The translations under genes were made by a program, and so were the position numbers. A DNA stretch of 64,000 nucleotides from Selaginella moellendorffii. Its lineage: Eukaryota > Plantae > Lycopodiophyta. The DNA lies in NCBI RefSeq assembly GCF_000143415.4, contig NW_003314367.1, positions 488,022 through 552,021 of the forward strand, read 5' to 3'. The notes beneath the pieces are model-generated. The model made no database searches. It saw only the letters and a program-made list of their open reading frames with translations, and had not been told where the DNA came from. This document shows, piece by piece, positions 52,753 through 64,000 of this stretch; position 1 is the first letter of the stretch, and the number at the start of each line of letters is the position of its first letter.

Positions 52753-52940
52753 GCTCTGATACCAAATCGTAAGCTCCTAAGTTTGGACTTCCCAGAAGGT
52801 CACCCAACCCAATACTATTCAAACCCAAGGATGCTTAACCCTAAATATCCCAAGACCCTTAACCAATTGGAAAAGAGGGTGCACTTTTTATTCATGGGCC
52901 TCAATCCCTTGCTAGTACTGAGGAAAAGGCTCTGATACCA
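52753..52940 (-). other. Two tRNA-iMet primer binding sites (TGGTATCAGAGC) at 52753-52764 and 52929-52940
   Basis: GCTCTGATACCA on the + strand twice, each followed by an LTR-end-like AAT(C/T)GTAAGC; oriented towards the minus-strand gag. Confidence 0.8.
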
Positions 52941-55295
52941 AATTGTAAGCCACAAATTTTTCCTTTCCAATTTGCTAGCTTACCTCGTCTATCCGACCAA
53001 CACCGTTTTGGCCTTTGCTAAGTTCCCTCGCTAAGGTTTCTGCCTATTATACCAGCTCTTACTTGGTCCTACTTGGTTTTAACTATTCATTGCACGAGCA
53101 ATGGAGCATTAGCCATCCATCCACGAATTCCCAAATCTCTCCCAATCCCCCTCCTCAGGTTAGACTGGATTTAAGGTTTGGCTACACTCCCCGCAGGCAC
53201 AAGCAGCCAAGTACACCAAGCCTCCAGATTCCTAACATCCCTTGGTACAACAAAGCTTGATCATGGGAATCTTTAAATCCCAAACCTTGGGTGCAACACT
53301 TGTTTAAGGATGCCGAGGGAAACACCATAGCCTAACGGCCCGGTATGGGTACTTCTACCCCCCCACTTCCCAATCTCCTAGGAGGGGCGAGGACCAATGA
53401 GCTGCAAGGTACTCAAGTGGGGCACCACTCCACATGAGCCAGGAGCACTAGAGTTGGTTTCCATTCCGGGAGTGGGAGTTGCTCTTGAGCACTTATTTAG
53501 GTGGCCCCTCCAGCACCACCCAAGTCTATGCTCACTCCCACCCAAGGCCCCTCGGCCCCAGTCTCAACCTCAAGTCAATTTGGAAGCACCACTTGAGAGT
53601 TCCTTCAAGACTGGTTCCTAGACCTCACTATCCCTACTATACTTCTCGGACCCGATCTTTGATCTCGGACTCTATCTCGAACTTGGTCTCGAACTTGGTC
53701 TCAGAGTCGGCCTCGGACTTGATCCCGGACTCTATCTCAAACTCGGTCTCAGAGTTGGTCTTGGACTCGATCTCAAACTCGGTCCCATCCGATCATTTCA
53801 GCTGTGCTTTTGGGGATCCTTTTAGCCTACAACACCTCGGGGAGTTGGTTCCTTACATTTAGTCTCTCAATATCATTACATAGTAACATATTGTGTCCAC
53901 TAGACACCCTCACTATCATGCTCTTGGTGTTAGTCTCATTCTATTATATTGGCTAATTATGGAAAGTGTCTAGATTTGTTAATTTGGCATATCTACAGAA
54001 TGTAGAGATTAGCCTGAACACAATAGTGTTTATCCCGTATCCAAATTCGCAATTGTAAAACCATTCCATATTTAGTAAGTTTTGAGTTAGTCCCAGAGAC
54101 TGACTTCTGGTACTAAGGGAGGCCGGGGGTGAAAGCCTAAAGCATGTGTTCCTCGTGGGGGGGGGGGGGGATATGGGGGGTTCCAAATGTATAGTAGGGA
54201 TAGTGGTTGGAATGGATATCTAACCACACAAAATATTAAATTGGCTTCCACTAGGTTGGGTTGCTCCTTGTTCTATATCCATGTGTAAGCGACTAATTTT
54301 TTCATTCTACTTTAGTCACTTAACCGCACCTTCGACCACTTGGAGGAGTCTCATTCACAACCTCCATAAGTCCCACTTAGGACTTGGGGCTTGCTACCCC
54401 CAAGAATGGCATCCATGCCACTCAACGTTTGCACTTGGTCCAAGTGCTCCACATGTCCGGTCCCATGACCGACACCCCAAGGCACCACCAACATACCAGC
54501 CCGTTACGCTAGGCCATGCCCAATCACCTTGGTCACATCGGTGGTCTAACACCACCTGCATTGCAATCCCGTCTCTCCAAGATTGGGCCATCCGTCCACG
54601 AGTGGTCATCCCAGATCCACTCCTTAGCATCCTTAGGATGCCTGCAGACATGGGGAATAACCTTCCCCAATATCTCCTTTATGGTCCCCACCAAGTCCCT
54701 TTCTGTCCTTGGCCGTGTTCGCCAACACTGCCATTGGATCAAGGCCCACAGGCCAGACCACTAAGTCCCACAGTCTTCTAGGACTTCTTCACCACATGAC
54801 TATATCCTTGGTCACTACACCAGAGGACTAATCCTCTTCCTTTCCACAGTCTGGGCCTTTGGGACAACATTTCAAAACACCGTGGCCTTATGCAAGCCTC
54901 GTGGGTACTCTCCCCACCTTCCCCCTTTGGGTGCTCTAGCCATGGGCTTAGAGCGAGGTTCCGTTGAGCCACGCTTGGTATCCAAGTAGGTAGTGCCACC
55001 CACACTTGGATTGGGAGCATTGGCCAGTCGATCTCCCAGGGGAACTAAAGCCGGCTCTTGAACACTTCACCAAGCTACCTCACTTGTCAGTCTGTGTTCA
55101 CTCTAGTCTTGGACTTCCCAGTGGGCAACTCATCACCCAACACTGGGTACAGCCTTCCTGAGCCAAACTGGCCTTTCCTGGCCAAACTGGCCTTTCCTGG
55201 CCAAACTGGCTCCACTGTAGTCCTCCCCCTTACTATACTTTTGGAGCTCACCAAACCCCCAGGGTCTGGGAGACGAACGCTTTGGGCTTTCACCC

Positions 55296-55860
55296 TCTCA
55301 GACTCAAACTCGGACTCGGACTTGGACTCGGACTCGGCCTTGGACTCAGACTCGAACTCCGACTCGAACTCGAGCTCGGTCTCGGCCTCGGCCTCAGTCT
55401 CTGTCTCGGTCCCAACCTCGGTCTCAATCTCGATCTCAGTCTCAGTCTCGGTCCCGATCTTGGTCTCGGTCTCGGTCCCGGTCTCGGTCCCGATCTCAGT
55501 CTTGGTCCCGGTCCCGGTCTCGACCTTGGACTCCATCTCAGGTCCTTCTCGGACTCCACCTCGGATTCCATCTCGGGTCCATCTTGGACTCCATCTCGAA
55601 CTCTGTCTCGGTCCATCTCAGACTCAATCTCGGACTCCATCTCGGGTCCATCTCGGACTCCATCTCGGGTCCATCTTGGACTCCATCTCGGGTCCATCTC
55701 AAACTCCATCTCGAACTCAACCTCGGACTCCATCTTAGGTCCATGTCGGACTCCATCTCGGGTCCATCTCGGACTCCATCTTGGATCCATCTCGGACTTC
55801 ATCTTGGACTTCCTCTCAGTCCATCTCAGACTCAATCTTGGACTCCATCTCGGATTCATC
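55296..55860. repeat. Degenerate GACTCG/GACTCCATCTCG minisatellite within an LTR retrotransposon (related arrays at 53645-53790 and 36355-36565)
   Basis: 6-bp and ~12/22-bp periodic units visible directly. Confidence 0.85.
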
Positions 55861-56434
55861 CACGTGTCACGTGTTGGTCTTTTTGGGTCCCTTGTTGGAG
55901 CCCCGCTTATTGCTCGCTTCGTACTCGTTCCTCGAGCCCTTCGCTGGGAGTTCCACTCCCGCTCTTGACCTTTCAAGTCGGAGCTTTCGGTCCAAACGTG
56001 TTACACTCATTTGGCTTTCGCTTCAACCACTACCACGTGGCACCCTTCCGGCTCCACTTTGGGGCCTAGGGATTTTTTGTCTCACACCATGTTGGCTCTA
56101 AACCCAAGCTCCATATTGCTCTAATCAATGGGATACCCTCCTCCTCACGTTAGGCCACTGGTATGCCAAAATTGTGCCAGACACCGTCTGACACTATTTT
56201 GCATGTAGGTGTTGGATATGAGGAGTTGGTGCTCATGGGATTGTGCCGGACCCTCTTTTCTTAGCACAACAAGCTTGGAGGTTTGTGCAAATTTAGATGT
56301 GCTACATTTGGTATTAGAGGAATTGTCTCAACAATTCCTGTCCAACTTTTGTCTGATTTTCTAATTCAAGTTGGATACGCAGAGACTTTTCTAGTAGATC
56401 TGAAGCGACCTGTATAAAATTAGTTAGATTGCAC

Positions 56435-56680
56435 TATTTGGGACTATTAGGTGTTGGAAGATTGGGTCTATAATATGGAAAACTATTTTATAGTAGCAAA
56501 TGTAGATGAGAGGTAGACGCAATCCTTTCTCACCAATCATGCCAAAACTTGGTGGTGCTATATGTGTGCTAAAAAACTTAAAGTTGGACCAAAATGTGGT
56601 CTTGTATCCATAAAGAATACTTGCTAGATGATTTTGTCTAAGACTTCACTTGGAGTTGTGGCAGTTAAAGCAGTGAGGGG
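56435..56680 (+). pseudogene. Decayed gypsy gag fragment homologous to 51280-51535
   Basis: DY*VLEDWVYNMENYFIVANVDER..FLTNHAKTWW. Confidence 0.75.
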
Positions 56681-57900
56681 ACTATAAGCTCCTGAATTTA
56701 AACTTCTCAGTAGGTCACCCAACCTAGTACTATTTAAACCTAAGGATACTTGACCCCAAATATCCCAGACTCTTAATTGATTGGAAAAGAGGGTGTATTT
56801 TTATTCATGGGCCCTTTCCCTTTATATTTGAACCCCATGAATGATCTCTCAATTCATTCCCTTTGGTTGCTTATAATCCACCATGCTTGCCTACAAGTTG
56901 ATGCCCTTGTGAATGGAAGTTGAGAGCTGCAACTTTCCCAAGAGCCCCACTCTCTTGACATGCTACCCCTTGGGAGGAGCCTAGCTAAAGCAAATTGGAC
57001 CTGCCAAATGTCAATCAACATGTGGTGCAATTCTTTTAACCAACCAATAGAGTCAAACTTGAGATCCCTTTTTATACCAAATGTAACCTCCTAAATTTGG
57101 ACTTCCCAAGAGGTCACCCAACTCAGTATTATTTAAACCAAAGGACACTTAATCCTAAGTATCCCAAGACCTTTAACCAATTGGAAAAGGGGGTGCACTT
57201 TTGTTCATAAGCCCTTTCCCTCTTTTCTGAACCCCATGAATCATGTCTCGAGTCATTCCCTTTGATTGCTTACAATCCACCACACTTCCTTGCAAATTCA
57301 TGCCCTCGTTATCACAAATGTGACTTCGGGTATCGAAAGTTACCTATCAGCTAGTCCTTTTAGATATTCTTTCCTCACTGCCACGATGGTAGAAGATTGG
57401 TATTGTTAGACCTTTTATTAGTCTCCGTCTAAGCTAGTTGAGAAATTGGTCTTCACATGTGCACTTGACCAAATGAGCATAAACAAGGAATTCCTAAGTG
57501 CTATTATTCAAGCATACTTGACCTGGTTAGAGAAACTCATTTGTTGACTTGCACTTGCTAGTGTTAGGAACCCTCGCGTTATTGAGTTTGGTCCCTCAAT
57601 ATTCACTATATGATAGCTTACCGTGTTTACCAAACACCCTTGCTATCATGCCCTTTGTGTTAGTCTCATTTTGGTCCTAAATGCTATTTATGGAAAGTGT
57701 CTAGATTTGCTCATTTGGCATATCTAAAAAATATAGAGATTGATCTAAACATAATGGTGTTCATCCTCTGTCTAAATTTTCAATCTAGGGCCATCCCATA
57801 TTCCGTAAGTTCCCACCTTGTCCAGCAGACTAACTCCTCCTACTAAGGGAGCCTTGGGGACAAGCCTACCACCATGTGTTCCTCAAGGCGGGGGGGGGGT

Positions 57901-58445
57901 TGTTAGGATCCTATCCCTTACACCCTAAGCCAACTGGCTAAAGGGGTAAGGGATAGGATCCTAACAATGGTATCGGAGCCCAGTTCAATTCTCGTGGCTG
58001 ACGAGTGGGGCAGGAATATTCTGAAGGAATATTCAACCATGGTGGATCTAGANNNNNNNNNNNNNNNNNNNNNNNNNNNNNNNNNNNNNNNNNNNNNNNN
58101 NNNNNNNNNNNNNNNNNNNNNNNNNNNNNNNNNNNNNNNNNNNNNNNNNNNNAGGGATAGGATCCCTTACACCCTAAGCCAACTGGCTAAAGGGGTGATC
58201 ACTTGATTGCAGGGCCCTTTCCTTATCCTATTATCCTGACCTGATGCCTAACAATCCTCCCCCTCGTCAGGGAATGATCGTCCACGATCATACTTAGGCC
58301 ATCCTCCGGTCACCATGGTCCTTCTCTTAGGGTCTACCAAACCTTGGTTCTCCCTCTAGATCCACCATGTTGAATATTCCTTCAGAATATTCCTGCCCCA
58401 CTCGTCAGCCACGAGAATCAAACTGGGCTCCGATACCATTGTTAT
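57901..58445. mobile_element. Small TRIM-like LTR element pieces in inverted arrangement around a gap
   Basis: TGTTAGG...CCTAACA ends, PBS TGGTATCGGAGCC on + at 57968 and on - ending near 58438, PPT GAGGGGGAGGAT on - at 58254-58265, ~190-bp non-coding internal region. Confidence 0.5.
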
Positions 58446-61400
58446 GATCCGGCGCAAAAAGACAAAGATCTAGTTGCCCTAGACTATGCTACACCACCTC
58501 TTGAGGTTCCTCACCACCCAACCACCCCTGAGCTACCTCAAAAGCTCCACTGCACCGCCACTCCACTATGAGCTCTATTGTGGGGGGGGGGGGGGGAAAA
58601 GGGGGGCCATGGGGGGTTCCCAATGTATAGTAGGGATAGTGGGTAGGTCTGCCATGGCCGACCAACTTTAGGCATAGTCTAGCTTTTGCTTGCGTGCCTG
58701 TCCTTGTTTAGTGTTTGGTTTGGGTCTAAGCCCAAGCTCCACACCATGCTAGTTGGTGGAGTACCCATATCCTCGCGTTATGCCACCGGTATACTGAAAT
58801 AGTGTTAGACTCTGTTTAGCTCTATTTTGCTTGCTAGTCCTAGCATTGGGATGTTGGATACTCTATCAAACACGTAAATCATCTTCTCTTCTTGGAGAGA
58901 TGATTCACAACGAGATGTGACTCATTGCTCGTGTTCACATTATGCATCAAGAATCCCTATCTTGGTGCATGTTGGAAATGATGGTCTTATGAATGGTAAG
59001 TTGTGGGATGGATAGAGGTGAAGCACTATACCATTTTTTCTAGGCTTGCTATTGAAAGACTTGGGTTATAATGCTGAATTCTTTTCTGGGGACCTTGCTA
59101 TTGCTCCTTGAGTAGTTTGGTGTTGGATTAGTTTTGAGTTTTGTCAAATAGAGAGTGGCATGAGTTTGTTTGTGTTGTGAACAAAAAGTTAGTGGTGTTA
59201 GGTGTTGTAAATCTCTATATGGTGGAGTGTGGCATTTATATTACATTTTGTCGAATTGAGTTGGCACTTGATAATCATATAGACCTTTGAAGTAATGACA
59301 TGGGTGTTGCTTATGGTGTTTCTTAATTGATGATCAATTCATTGTGATACTTATATCCTATCCATGTGATAATGAGTAATGTGTTTATGAAGTTGCTTGG
59401 TTAAACGATGATCAACCCCAAAGTAGTTGATGGTGAAGCTAAGCTACTTGCACATAGTAGCATTGTAGTAGCTTTGATTGGGTTCTTAATAATGATCTGG
59501 AAAGGGTTATAGCATTCACATGCTATAGCTTTTCGGTTGATCTATTAGCACTTGGAGTAAATCCCATGATCAAGTCTTGTTGAACCAAGGGATGTTAAGA
59601 ACCCACTTGTGTTAGTGGAAGTGGCATTGTTATTTTAAGTGATGAGGAATTTTCCTTATATCTTGATTTTCCATGTCATTTTTGTTGTTAATGTTTTAGC
59701 TTCACATTGGATCTTGAAAGTGATTGAAAAAGAGTGTTAATGCGATGTGGATATCCAAAGATATAGTTTTCATAATCAAGTCTTGGATAATCATTCTGCA
59801 TCTTGCGGATGTTGGTGTTGGATATCGGAAATATGGGCATGATGTTTGAGGCTTAAGCATGCTATGGGTCTTGAGAATTTGTGTTGAGGTGAACTTATGT
59901 GAAGTTGTTATTAGGAGGAAGTTGGTTAAGTCTTGAAAGTTTGTATTTCTAAACTAAGAGTCATTCTTTCTTTAGCATAGAAAATTTTCCACAAAGTTTT
60001 TTTAGGCTTTTCCAATGGTTGATCTGTTTATCACTTTGCCCAAAAACCATTTTGTTTTCAAAAGCCAATATAAACTAGTAAAGGGGTTGGAGTTGTTTTC
60101 GGTTGGCTTAAACCTTCGTAGGTAGTTTGTATGATGCGACCTGAAAGGGATGCTGACTTTTGGGGCTAATCCAATTAAGTTGGATAGAGTTTGGAATTGG
60201 TGTAGAAAAATGGTTATTGCACTTTTCTAGAAAGGTGACCTTCTTTTGTAGCATTATGCTTAGTGGCAGGTTGCACCTTGCATTTTATTAAACTCTATGA
60301 AAAGAGTAAGCTCTCATTGATCTTGATTTGGTCTTGGTAGCTTTGTGCCTTGGCTGAGGATAGTGATGTCCAACTTAGTTGTTTGAGGTTGAGATGTTGG
60401 TACCCGTATTATAGCTTTAACTATGAGGAGGCTATGTACCAATATGAGTTCATTTTATAGTCTTCACTTTAGTTTTAACTAAGTGTTAATCATGCATAGC
60501 TAACCTCTTCAAGGCATGCTCAAAGCTATTGGCTAAATGCATTAGTGAACTTATTGCGGTTGAGTTAAATTTGAGTAGTCATTTAGTTCATGCTTGTTCA
60601 TGAACCTTTATCTCATCCTTGGGGTATTATGTTCATATTGGATAAGTATAAAACTCAATGATATGAGTTTAGTGTTTGGGTCTTGTGAAGGCAAGTTAAA
60701 GAGTGATTGTTAGTTGCTTTGCAACTAGTGATTGCTCATAGACTTTGTTGAGGACTATTTGACACTTGCTTCGCTCAATAATGATTTATCAATGATGGGC
60801 TTGCTTTACCGAATGGGATCGTGTTGTGGCTTGCATGGTTTTTCCATGTTAGCATGTCAATTCTTTTGTCAATATTATTTGGTTATGTTTAGTCTGTGGT
60901 GTTGGATTTCATTGAGTCTTAGATGTGGTGAATCACTCCTTGATGATGTGTTATTTGAAACTGAGTATTATTGGAGGATTAGTCTCGAATACTAAGTATA
61001 GTATCTTCCACTTCGGTTAACTTGGTTGTTGGAGAGCTTTGAGTGGTGATTCACTCGTGCTTTCTTTTAGCTTTGTTATGGTGTGAATAGAATTGAAGTG
61101 ATGCTTTGTTATTGGTATTATTGATGTTGAGATGAGATGTCTCTCCGTAGGATTGATATTAATTTTTAGTAGTCTCGATGGAGATGGTGTTAATGATTTG
61201 GTTGTAGCTTTATGTTATTGACATATGTGCATTTGCTAGTTAAGTAACTGTATTGACGTTCGAACAAACTGAGTAGTAAGTTTGAATTAGTTATATTCTA
61301 GACGAGATTGTTTAGTAGGGGTTGAGTTTTGAGCTTTTCCTTGAAAAGTGATTTAGTCGTAGACGATACTAACTCTATGAAAGGAAGAGTTAATGATTGA

Positions 61401-62207
61401 TATTGGAATGTTTGAGTCCTTATTGGATTTGAGTTAGGGATATCGATCATTAATAATTCTTCTTGTGCTTGTTATTAAATGTGTTACGTCTTGCTATAGA
61501 TGGATTTATGGAGGATTGTTTAGTGATCACCTTTTGAGCATAGCTCCATTGTGTTTAGCTTTTGAATTAATGCAGATGTGCTCTTTATTAGTTTGGCATT
61601 ATGAAGTTTAACTTATGGATGTGTTGAGGAGGATATTATAGATTGTGCTATGATTTCTTTTTTAGCATTGAAGTTAGTTCATGCAAGACTGGTAATTATT
61701 GTTCAGAAAGACTTGGCTATAGACTTCTTCGAGTTTTTTGTTCCTTGAGTTTTCATATTCATTGTTCCATCTGTTAGGAGTTGTTGAGGAAGGCATTTTG
61801 GCTCATTAGTGAAGTTAGTATTTATATTTGGCAATTCTTGGTGATGACTGATTATCATCTTGAGATAATTGATTATCCTTGTCAAAGATTTTGCTTGATT
61901 ATTATTGATATTGAATGATTTTCCATTCTTTGGGATGGTGGATTTTCTTCAACGATGATTATGCATCTCTTTATTGATGGAATGATTGATGATCTTTCAT
62001 GATGGTGAGTTATTCTCTTTGATGGCTTATAGTTTTTCACAATACCACATGTTCTTTGTGGTTTGTTTTGGATTGGTTTTCCTCAGCTCTAGCGAAAGAT
62101 AGAGGCAGATTATTGGGAGATGGCAAAGGCAGGGCAGAAACGAGCCAAGGCGGATATAAAACGTCCTTGTATGAAGCCTGTTGAAGCCTCCAGTCAAATA
62201 AGAGGCT

Positions 62208-62990
62208 ATGGATGAGGAATCTTTGCATGAGGAGGACACCAGTGAGGAAACTTCTAAACAGGAGTTCGGTAGTGAGGTCCGGTTGTCCAAGGCTCAATTA
62301 GACATTCTAGAAGGAAAGTTGGCACAAACTAATGCCCTGCTGGAGACTCTCGTACGCAAGCTAAAGCGTGACAAGAAGTGGAAGAGAAGGCAAAAGACTG
62401 CGGATGCTGGTAGCGCAGAAGGTACGGACCCTTCGGTAGGGACTAAGACAGAACCAAACAAGGTTGAGCAAACCGAAATGGAATCAGTCCCTCAGGCAAT
62501 TCCCAAGTAGAAACCAAAGCCCCCACCGGTCTTCATGGGAGTGAATGACTATAAGGTGGTGGAGGATTGGTTTTACGATATGGACTACTTCCGAGCGTTG
62601 CGGTTACCAAGTTCGGAGAAGGTCCCATGTGCAAAACCATACTTGGCAGATAATGCCAAGTCTTGGTGGAGAATGACAGAGGCTAACAAAGGACCGGTGG
62701 CCACTTGGGAAATGATGAAGGTGAGGATCCGCGCAACTTATGTTCCTCTGAATGCTACTCTACACCTAAGGGAGGAGCTGAGTAGTCTGAAGTAGACCGG
62801 AAGCATTCAAGAGTATGTGAATGTGTTTATGGCAAAGAAGATACTTGTCATGGATATGGGTGATATGGATGCATTCCATGCCTTCATATCAGGCTTGCAA
62901 ACCTCGGCTTGCAGCGAAGTGATGCGTTAGAACCCGACTAACTACAAAGAAATATTGGATGCGGCTATCAAGGTGCATTTCAATGATAAC
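62208..62990 (+). pseudogene. Decayed gypsy gag
   Basis: PPVFMGVNDYKVVEDWFYDM..LADNAKSWWR..LREELSSLK*TGSIQEYVNVF..FISGL, paralogous to the gag at 51 kb. Confidence 0.8.
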
Positions 62991-63735
62991 TTGCAAAAGG
63001 GGACTTGGGTTTGCAATATCGGTAAGATGTTGCTAACACTTGCTTATACAACTTGAGTTCTTGAGTATTGTTAATCGGGATCTATACAAATTGGCTAGTG
63101 TGATAGTTGGCATGAACGAGTGTTGGTCATGCAATAGTCATTCTATTTTGTTGATTGTTGCTCAAGTTACTTCTGATAGATTAGGATGTTATTTCCTTTG
63201 GGAGATACATTCACAAGCATTGTACTTGTCAGTCTATAATACTTTGTATTCTTCGAGCTATGTTTTGTAAGTTGTTTAATATGCTATCTGAAATCTTTGA
63301 TAATTTAGTTTTATCATTGAGTTTTATTGATGATACACTAGCTATAGAATTTTGTTGGATAGTGCATCCTATGTTTTTCAATTATGATGATCTTGGTCGT
63401 TCCTATACTATAATACTTTTTTATCGGATGATAACTTACTTGGACTACTTTTGTGTTCTAATCTAAGCTTTATTCACTAATAATTAAGTCTCTAGGATAT
63501 TATTGTCTATGACTTTGATATTGTCCATCTATTGATCTTTGAGTTTGGGCCAGTATAGGCAGACTGGCTTTGGCACTTCATGTGCATAATGAAATCTCTA
63601 GTTATGGAGTAGCTTAATTCATTTAAGTTGGTGTATTTCTCATATAATGTGATCACTGTGAACTTGTTTTGGAGTTGTTTTCTTGGTGGTGGTCTAGACT
63701 GGAATATGCATCGATGAGGATGTCGATCTTCCCTA

Positions 63736-64000
63736 AGGGGGGGAAAGTGCCACGAATGTGACTTTGGGTATCGAAAGTTATCTATCGGCTAGTCCTTTCG
63801 GATATTATTTGCTTACTGCCACGACGGCAAGAGGTCGGTATTGCTGGACCCTTTATTAGTCTCCCCTTAAACTAGTTGAGAAACTGGTCTTCACGTATGC
63901 ACTTGACCAAATGAGCATAAGAACAGAATTCCTAAGTGCTATTAGTCAAGTATACATGACCTAGTTAGAGAAACTCATTTGCTGACTTGCACTTGCTATG
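63736..64000 (+). mobile_element. PPT and start of an LTR (TG at 63748), homologous to ~57310-57560
   Basis: AAGGGGGGGAAAG|TGCCACGAATGTGACTTTGGGTATCG matches the block starting TATCACAAATGTGACTTCGGGTATCG at 57310. Confidence 0.7.

Noticed and set aside
55058-56101. Overlapping 150-230 aa ORFs on both strands
   Set aside because: Produced by the stop-poor GACTC minisatellite; no recognisable domain.
57901-58445. Cassandra TRIM carrying 5S rRNA
   Set aside because: No recognisable 5S box A/C sequence in the visible LTR parts.

Overview
Eukaryotic, repeat-rich plant DNA with eight N-gaps. Very short GT-AG introns (about 47-60 nt), an ALDH21-type fragment and a CYP88-type fragment suggest a non-seed land plant, probably a Selaginella-like lycophyte (inference). 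There are three zones. (1) 1-34.5 kb is a Helitron landscape: the C-terminus of a PIF1/RepHel helicase, two convergent RPA70-like OB-fold genes, three hairpin+CTAG 3' termini (12527, 20078, 34459), duplicated AT-rich Helitron blocks, a decayed Harbinger transposase, and many host-gene fragments (peroxidase, ACBP4-like kelch, TIC32-like SDR with a 4x 355-bp exon tandem, ALDH21, kelch, amidohydrolase, kinase, CENH3-like, CYP88). (2) About 38.5-49.7 kb is the most unusual part: an ~11-kb, more GC-rich, putative DNA transposon with two divergent genes. One is a ~1028-aa DUF7869/Sola-like DDD transposase. The other is an 11-exon ~1623-aa protein that appears to fuse a ParB/Srx-like domain, a degenerate beta-class N6/N4 methyltransferase-like fold and an FCP1/NIF-like HAD phosphatase. 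About 19 copies of a 22-bp palindrome (ATGGCRTGNGGCCNCAYGCCAT) lie across it, mostly in introns and the intergenic region; I saw none outside it. Both genes are disrupted only by eight nonsense codons explicable by single C>T changes. (3) 36-38.5 kb and 49.7-64 kb are nested, decayed Ty3/gypsy LTR retrotransposons. All domain calls are by eye from motifs; no searches were run.
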